Positions 36,301-41,408 of a stretch of DNA of 41,408 nt are shown in pieces (the first letter of the stretch is position 1; every line of letters starts with the position of its first letter). Source of the DNA: an uncultured Desulfurococcaceae archaeon (GTDB taxonomy: Archaea > Thermoproteota > Thermoprotei_A > Sulfolobales > Desulfurococcaceae). The stretch lies in contig CAZVWZ010000001.1 in the NCBI GenBank assembly GCA_964631195.1, forward strand, positions 1 to 41,408, written 5' to 3'. The notes under the pieces are model-generated. The model was not told where the DNA came from and did no database searches. It saw only the letters and a list, made by a program, of their open reading frames with translations. Position numbers and translations under genes: made by a program.

Positions 36301-36461
36301 CTTGATATCCAAAGATCGTTTTCACTAAATTCTTTAAATAAATCTTCAAATTTAACATTGACTCTAGCTGGTTCTATCTTCTCTCTTACCTCGGAGACAA
36401 AAGTATATCCTAACGCTTTAAGCAGAGCTCTTGTATCAATTATTTTCAAATTTATCCCCAT
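33348..36461 (-). CDS. Large SF2 (DEAD/DEAH-like) helicase with about 550-aa unassigned C-terminal region
   Basis: 1037 aa. Motif I is SGTGSGKTEAW, motif II VIDELDFYG, motif III LLTATL, motif VI LQREGRKGRRE. The remaining C-terminal half has no motif I can name with confidence. Confidence 0.8.
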   Translation of the reverse strand: MGINLKIIDTRALLKALGYTFVSEVREKIEPARVNVKFEDLFKEFSENDLWISRKELFEHQYKAFIELINGKNIILRSGTGSGKTEAWILYFLKRAREGKFRALAIYPTLALANDQIRRITIYCNALKISVLQLDAPTRDKLKKKIGLRGIREKINLSNLIITNPAYLLIELKKYFLRQHDSLLEPFLSNLDLIVIDELDFYGPRSLALLMAMLELLSLINKEQQIVLLTATLANPDELGSYLKRLTGRDYVVIDGKPFHVENHTIIVLGKNLENIWRIIRGLREELVKKKDIDRDIIRALDDYKLFQENAYRVLAYLEALGYSVPSISMDYTEIIGKYLDDNGVTIVFTKSIAKAEEVAKRLKTKYSSYKESIASHHHLVPKHLREEIEEGARTGRVKIIVSPRTLTQGIDIGTVIRVVHIGLPEDVREYLQREGRKGRREEIPFTESIIIPSSRWDWELLSKGIEALKKWLSLPLEKTVINPNNLYIKLFTGIVKLLSPWLRLDPDGHEREALRKAGIFKNGNIDRRRLKKIWDRMGFYEFAPPYGIKRYLEIEEGLRPLEPIGHCDLVEKFQIGCIDYSSDALVTSHRVVRKGRIVTAVYEKPIWSVRFWEDEALAEAYEEYLDIKHRWMEEPSLIKDLMRGKIFTDVYCVVYPPRKGFGQYIKVPNRVVWIVSSERPRIFRVGSKHIVSHDRKLIYVPTPVHGEYRDYTYGYLYEVDERLDPGLLRLGLAYIMIVLRRLYGIPFETILYGVETVGDKKFFEIHEPESAGIIDLLDWLDVRKSIEKYEPDELDTILLNQIDDLAYSYFLSNNLDWDPVKEYALMIVDYILSREKIVLEIMGRLKAIPRPSPGLKIVSLDSFVEIIDRGDVFTLPMKLIALAYYDGENIISYVDMIPHLPGTRPSDELRDFENKIEDLIYYGEYKLIVPTKDLADTLEKIGLRKLPRLIKSRSIEIIPLLSSKGYHSISMNDIEELMKLIVPDTEIVYIDTIHRIISRIRDKGYTKLLDKEKNLIQNYIKTRTIMNYILYLVTNQ

Positions 36462-36824
36462 AATAACAAACTATTCTATTTACTTATAGAATATTATATT
36501 AAAAAAGATATTAAGCCAGTAGTATTTCATGGATTCCATTGTTTGAAGATCTATAGTTCATGGTTATTTGAATTCCTATATGGCTAGTGGCGATTATGCT
36601 ATTCTTTCTATCTGTTTATGATAGTATAAATACTATGTATTACGTTATAATAAATGGAAAAGATATTCTATGGTGTGTAGAAAGTAGGACTAGAAATAAT
36701 TAAAGATCTCGTCTTTAGAGAAAGTGTTAGAAATATTCAGAAGAATCTATGGATACTTTTCTTATATGTTGTAACATCACTTCTAATATCAATTGTCGTA
36801 TATGTTCAAATTCATCTTCAAATA

Positions 36825-37454
36825 ATGTTATCATCCAGCCCTATTGGTGCAGGATTCGCAGATTCCTATTCTGCGTTCTTTATAATCATGGGGGTTGTGT
36901 TAGCTGGCTTTATTTATCTATATTTTAATTTCTTGAAGTATATCGGTGAGGCATTAAAGAATATTGGTTTAGAAATTAAGAAGATGCACAAGCAATTCTT
37001 AATTTTAGGGATATTATTAGTTGCCGTAAATGTATTGGGAGGACTATTCTTATTGTTTAATGCAAATGAACTAGGTACATATATAGGTAGAGTCGCCGAT
37101 CCTCTTGATATTAGAAGCTCTATTGCAAGAATTCCATCTCTATATACAAAACATATATTCTTTGAAGCTTATTACACGATTAATATAGTATTATTGTTCA
37201 TATTTTCGATATACATTGCTATGACGCTTATTACTTTATGGAAGACTATAAGAATGAGGCTCATACAGGTAATTGGATGGCTAATATTTGCCGATGCTAT
37301 TTTGTTCGTATTATACGTACTTGTATTTACGAGTTCAAGGCTATTAATGATAATATTGGCTATAATAGTTCAATCGATCCTATTGTTGGGATCCATAGCT
37401 TTTACCTTGCCAAAGAGATTACTTGAGCTATATAGAGTATACAAAAAAGAATAA
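36825..37454 (+). CDS. Polytopic membrane protein, unknown function
   Basis: 209-aa ORF with about 5 hydrophobic segments. The frame is open upstream to 36681 and would encode a further TM-like segment there, but no ATG/GTG/TTG lies in that stretch. Confidence 0.55.
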   Translation: MLSSSPIGAGFADSYSAFFIIMGVVLAGFIYLYFNFLKYIGEALKNIGLEIKKMHKQFLILGILLVAVNVLGGLFLLFNANELGTYIGRVADPLDIRSSIARIPSLYTKHIFFEAYYTINIVLLFIFSIYIAMTLITLWKTIRMRLIQVIGWLIFADAILFVLYVLVFTSSRLLMIILAIIVQSILLLGSIAFTLPKRLLELYRVYKKE

Positions 37455-37473
37455 AATCCAAAAAGGCATCATG

Positions 37474-38487
37474 TCAAATTATACCGCTTAATATAAGAAT
37501 TAATGATGAAACTGACACGATTATTTGAATAAGTATGATGGTGATTGTAACAGATCTTTCATAAGCTTTTCCCCTAACTATCTTTAGTAATTTTATTGTA
37601 AGATGAGTTAGACTATATATCCTATCATATGGTGGATCAAGAGAACCGTCTGGATTTACTTTACCGAAATTCTCTTTATACACACCATGTTTTAGGCCCC
37701 GTACAAATAATAGAAATTCTATAAAGTATAGTGTAAACATGAGAACGCCGAATTTCTCGAAATTACCTAGTATAACTAGGCTTGCATAGTATGCGCCAAA
37801 TCCATATGTTAAGCTATTTCCTGGAAAAGTTTTTGCAGGATACCAGTTATATATCAGAAATGCTATTAGTGCAAAGGCCATTACTAAGCTGGCATAAGCA
37901 ATATACTCTAGGCCTTTAATCCATGAGAACATAAACGTAAATACCATTAATACTAATCCCATGCCTGCTTCAAGTCCATTATATCCAGCAATCATGTTAA
38001 ACGCATTACTGGCTCCTAGTATACCTATTGGTACAAGGATCAGAGGATATAGTAGACCTAGATTTACGGCACCAACAAAGGGTATTGATATTGTTGATAC
38101 TCCGGCTTTAATAACAACCATTGGCAAGGCTAATGGACCCATAAATATTACTCTTTGCCAAACCCTCAATCCTTTCTTCCATCCTAATAGATCGTCTAAA
38201 AAGCCTAGGAAGCTAGCCATAAACAGTAATAATGCCAAGCTCATAAGCTCAGGTAGGAAATAATATTCTCCATTAAGGTATCTATGTACAGCAATAATTA
38301 CCAATAGTCCAAAGCTAGCTCCAAAGGATACCCATACACCTCCTGCCTCAACGGCATAGGTTTCGTAAGGTTTATTCATATCTTTACCTTTAAAACCAAG
38401 TTTATTAGCTATGTCAATCCACCAACTTATACCTATGAATGCTACTATGAATGATATTGTTGATGCAATTATTGCATATAGGATCAA
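37474..38487 (-). CDS. aglH: UDP-GlcNAc:dolichyl-phosphate GlcNAc-1-phosphate transferase (GT4 / MraY-WecA-GPT family, archaeal AglH-like)
   Basis: 337 aa, polytopic. FLDDLLG and NAFNMIAGYNGLEAG are signature loops of the polyprenyl-phosphate HexNAc-1-P transferase family. Confidence 0.8.
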   Translation of the reverse strand: MILYAIIASTISFIVAFIGISWWIDIANKLGFKGKDMNKPYETYAVEAGGVWVSFGASFGLLVIIAVHRYLNGEYYFLPELMSLALLLFMASFLGFLDDLLGWKKGLRVWQRVIFMGPLALPMVVIKAGVSTISIPFVGAVNLGLLYPLILVPIGILGASNAFNMIAGYNGLEAGMGLVLMVFTFMFSWIKGLEYIAYASLVMAFALIAFLIYNWYPAKTFPGNSLTYGFGAYYASLVILGNFEKFGVLMFTLYFIEFLLFVRGLKHGVYKENFGKVNPDGSLDPPYDRIYSLTHLTIKLLKIVRGKAYERSVTITIILIQIIVSVSSLILILSGII

Positions 38488-38573
38488 TATCTACACCGGT
38501 TTCGCTGGTCTATTACCTATAATATCTATGGAGATAGAGGTTTAGATAAAAACATTACTAGTTAACCTCGGAA

Positions 38574-39095
38574 TTATTTAATCACAGAATATATGATAAG
38601 GATCACTCCAATAATAAAGATTGCAATAACAATGTATGTGATAGTTTTCTCAATATCCCATTTAGGTTTACCTACAACAATCTTTTCAATGGGTTTCTTG
38701 GGTAGTTGCTTCTCTATTTTTTCCTCAATAACCCATGTAGCTGGTCGAGGCACGATCTCTAATTCCTTAGTCTCTTTACAGGTAAGAGTTGCTAAGGTAG
38801 ACTCTATAGTTCTGACGTATTTTCTAAGTATTTTAAATCTAGGATTACTGTTAATTATATTTACAACATCATCTTTAAAGCAAGATAATGGTTCAAGTGC
38901 CTTTAATACTCGTTCATTGCTGATAAATTCATTGAATAGTTCTAATGAATCACACATACTATACCTACAGAGATCTTCTATTTCATAGACTATACTTGAT
39001 AATTTGACTAGATACCAATCAATACTTCTACCATAACCTACTTCCATTACAAATCGATCTATTAGTCTATCAATAGCACTCATACTAGTCTGCAC
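38574..39095 (-). CDS. Tail-anchored hypothetical protein
   Basis: 173-aa ORF with a soluble N-terminal part and a single C-terminal TM (ITYIVIAIFIIGVILIIYSVI). No family recognised. Confidence 0.5.
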   Translation of the reverse strand: MQTSMSAIDRLIDRFVMEVGYGRSIDWYLVKLSSIVYEIEDLCRYSMCDSLELFNEFISNERVLKALEPLSCFKDDVVNIINSNPRFKILRKYVRTIESTLATLTCKETKELEIVPRPATWVIEEKIEKQLPKKPIEKIVVGKPKWDIEKTITYIVIAIFIIGVILIIYSVIK

Positions 39096-39212
39096 CTAGC
39101 TTATCAATATATTTGTATGTAATGAAGCATATTCCACGCTACATCACCTTATAATTTAAGTATTAAGCAATTAATATTATACTCTACCTCGATATTCTTC
39201 TATTGATGCAAA

Positions 39213-39746
39213 ATGGTTGAGGAGGATAGTGAGCTTAAGAGACTCTTAGACAAGATCACATGGAGGATCATTAGTAGAAGCAAAGGTGAGAAGCCTGTGA
39301 AAGTTTATAGAACAAAAATTGTTAAGGTTGACAGTCCTCATGGAATTTATCGTTATGATAGGACATTGCGGGAATGGATTCTCATAGACAGAGATGGCAA
39401 TGGATTTAAGCCTTACAAGGATGGATATTATATTATCTATTTTGATAATACGAAATGTGCTGCATGTAGAATATATGATCTTTTCTGGTATCCATTTATA
39501 GAGACTATTGGAAAAGATCTTGAAGATATAGAATATGTTATTATATTGTGTGAATGGTTTGCAAAGCAGTGTAAATCAAGATCTGCAAGCAATACTTTTA
39601 AAGAGTTTAATATACATGCATCTCCTACAACAGCATTTGTTGAAGTGCGTGATTTAAAGATTATTAGGAAAGAGCTTGTTCGAGGGGTTTTGAAGATAGA
39701 GGAGCTAGTTAATAAGACCATGGAGTTTACGGGTATAAAGATCTAG
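39213..39746 (+). CDS. Thioredoxin-fold-like protein with CxxC motif
   Basis: 177 aa. YIIYFDNTKCAACRIYD has a beta-strand followed by CAAC at the position expected for a Trx-like active site. Otherwise unassigned. Confidence 0.45.
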   Translation: MVEEDSELKRLLDKITWRIISRSKGEKPVKVYRTKIVKVDSPHGIYRYDRTLREWILIDRDGNGFKPYKDGYYIIYFDNTKCAACRIYDLFWYPFIETIGKDLEDIEYVIILCEWFAKQCKSRSASNTFKEFNIHASPTTAFVEVRDLKIIRKELVRGVLKIEELVNKTMEFTGIKI

Positions 39747-39812
39747 CGATAGACTTTAATTAAATGAATCCTGTTCTCTAACCTCTAGGGAATAGTCATA
39801 GGTGAATAGAAT

Positions 39813-41087
39813 TTGTCTAAACACTTACTATATCTAGTACTTGATGGAGTAGCTGATTCATTAAAGGATCGAATAACTACTCTTGAAAAAGCACATAAGC
39901 CCGGCCTAGATACTATTGCAAGGAATGGAGTATGTGGATTAATGTATCCCATTGCTAAAGGCGTTGCTCCGGAAAGCGATGCTGCAGTACTATCAATCTT
40001 AGGATACGATCCACATAAATACTATACTGGACGCGGTCCATTGGAAGCTCTTGGAGCTGGCTTGAAGTTTCGAGAAGGATATGAAGTTGCCTTTAGAGCT
40101 AACTTTGCAACTGTTGAACCAGGAACATTAAAGCTTATTGATAGACGTGTTGGGAGATCATTAACTACAAAGGAAGCACATGAACTTGCTAAAACAATCG
40201 ATAATATGGAACTTGGAAAATACGGTGGTTATGCTCGTGTTAAAGCAACTATTGGGCATCGTGCAGTCGTTATTATTGGTAGCCGCGAACATCGTTTATC
40301 AGCTAATGTAGGTAATAGTGATCCAGCATATATAAGGAAGGGAATGATCAGTATTGCTGTTAAGACATATGAACCGCTTCTAAAGGAGATCGAGCCATTA
40401 GATAATACCGTGGAGGCCTGGATAACAGCTGAGCTAGCAAACATATTCTCTAAGAAGGTAGTTGAAATACTCGATGAACACCCTATCAATAAGGCTAGGA
40501 GGGAGAAAGGCCTCTTACCAGCTAATGCCATATTGTTGAGGGATGCTGGTGATCGATTGCCTAAAGCAGATCCATTGCCCAAGAGGTATGGCTTATCATT
40601 TGCTTTAGTAGCTGAAATGCCTGTTGAACTAGGTATTGGCCGTGCACTAGGTGCTTATGTAGAGGAGGTACCTCCCCCAACCGGTGATCCTAGTAAGGAT
40701 TATAGAGCTAGGCTTAATGTAACACTAAGGCTTCTTAGGAAATACAATATCGTATATGTGCATCTTAAGGGACCTGATGAACCAGGTCATGACGGTGATT
40801 TTGAGCTTAAAAAGAGGAGGATTGAGGATATCGATAAATACTTTGTAAAACCATTCCTTGAGGAAATGCCAAGTGATACAGCAATACTTGTTACGGCTGA
40901 TCACGCTACACCACCTAGTTTAAAAGCTCATAGCGGCGATCCAGTGCCTGTTGCATTATGGTCTCCAAGCATTGAAGCTGATAATGTTGATGTATTTACT
41001 GAAAGAGCATGTATGAATGGCAGTCTCGGAGTATTTGAACATGGATGGCAATTATTACCTAGGATTATAGACTTAATTTTTAAATAA
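39813..41087 (+). CDS. apgM: 2,3-bisphosphoglycerate-independent phosphoglycerate mutase, archaeal type
   Basis: 424 aa. The blocks are LVLDGVAD, PESDAAVLSILGYDP, HLKGPDEPGHDGD and VTADHATP. The start is TTG, with an AGGTGA SD 8 nt upstream. Confidence 0.9.
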   Translation: MSKHLLYLVLDGVADSLKDRITTLEKAHKPGLDTIARNGVCGLMYPIAKGVAPESDAAVLSILGYDPHKYYTGRGPLEALGAGLKFREGYEVAFRANFATVEPGTLKLIDRRVGRSLTTKEAHELAKTIDNMELGKYGGYARVKATIGHRAVVIIGSREHRLSANVGNSDPAYIRKGMISIAVKTYEPLLKEIEPLDNTVEAWITAELANIFSKKVVEILDEHPINKARREKGLLPANAILLRDAGDRLPKADPLPKRYGLSFALVAEMPVELGIGRALGAYVEEVPPPTGDPSKDYRARLNVTLRLLRKYNIVYVHLKGPDEPGHDGDFELKKRRIEDIDKYFVKPFLEEMPSDTAILVTADHATPPSLKAHSGDPVPVALWSPSIEADNVDVFTERACMNGSLGVFEHGWQLLPRIIDLIFK

Positions 41088-41311
41088 ATACAAAAATAAA
41101 AACTATTTGCCAATATTTTGTTATAGCTGATTTCTCAATTATGAATTGAAAATAGATACCTCAAAGATCGTTCAGATCACTTTTACTAAACACCAAATGC
41201 ATAAGCCTCTAAGAATTCTCCAAATAAACTGATATGGACACGTATCCACGATTCTGATCCTTTGGAAAAATATATTTAGTTATATAGCCATATAACTACA
41301 TGGCGATATAG

Positions 41312-41408
41312 TTGAGAAAATATGTAACCATATCTGTCCAAAGGGAGGTAAAAGAAATACTTGAAAGGGAGAAAAAGAATAGGGATTGGAGCGAGTTTCT
41401 TTTAGAAC
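41312..41408 (+). CDS. Possible small antitoxin-like protein, N-terminal fragment (runs off window)
   Basis: A TTG start lies immediately after an in-frame TAG. The frame is open to the window end: LRKYVTISVQREVKEILEREKKNRDWSEFLLE.., which resembles the N-terminus of the vapB-like gene at 2284 (KTSIVIDRELWRKFREK..). The fragment is short and the start is non-ATG. Confidence 0.3.
   Translation, partial: MRKYVTISVQREVKEILEREKKNRDWSEFLLE

Noticed and set aside
41195-41260. Possible C/D-box sRNA: two CTGA boxes 21 nt apart (..AAACTGATATGGACACGTATCCACGATTCTGATCC..)
   Set aside because: No acceptable C box (RUGAUGA) lies at the required roughly 12-nt spacing upstream, and the putative C' (UAUGGA) and guide lengths do not fit the archaeal C/D architecture. 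A similar CTGA-N4-TGAGTA pair at about 4840..4860 also lacks flanking C and D boxes.
1-41408. CRISPR arrays, tRNA/rRNA genes, IS elements/transposases, integrases, long direct or inverted repeats
   Set aside because: I scanned the intergenic regions and the ORF list. I saw no regularly spaced repeats, no GC-rich islands of RNA-gene size and no transposase- or integrase-like ORFs. The only internal repeats are coding ones: the Thr-rich tract, the SBBP blades and the protease module duplication.

Overview
AT-rich, tightly packed archaeal chromosomal segment. Gene content (ApgM, AglH, a HARP-type PIN protein, an MtrH-like gene, I/K/E/Y-rich proteins, frequent TTG/GTG starts, GGTGA-type Shine-Dalgarno boxes, A/T-rich TATA-like boxes) suggests a hyperthermophilic Thermoprotei/Desulfurococcales-like organism; this assignment is an inference. 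I support about 38 protein genes on both strands and one clear pseudogene. I found no rRNA, tRNA, CRISPR array, transposase or integrase. Contents in order: a corrinoid-dependent methyl-transfer/methionine-synthase-like cluster interrupted by a VapBC pair; two Ntn-hydrolase genes (DUF1028, and a decayed C69 peptidase); a polar amino-acid ABC transporter operon; a cell-surface island (SBBP beta-propeller protein with a Thr-rich stalk, a 1652-aa S8 protease with a coiled-coil stalk, two divergent GT-C glycosyltransferases); speE; a divergent class IIb aaRS; a divergent pair of large orphan beta-rich proteins with a coupled micro-ORF; a CPA2 antiporter; a tight HARP / NOL1-NOP2-Sun / radical-SAM operon; an MNT-HEPN pair; sufCB; a 1037-aa SF2 helicase with a large unassigned C-terminus; aglH; small orphans; apgM. 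The best candidates for undescribed biology are the split corrinoid methionine-synthase module, the GT-C pair next to Thr-rich surface proteins (candidate archaeal O-glycosylation), the HARP-centred RNA-processing operon, the orphan beta-rich gene pair, and the helicase. All family assignments rest on motif recognition by eye and need HMM or BLAST confirmation.
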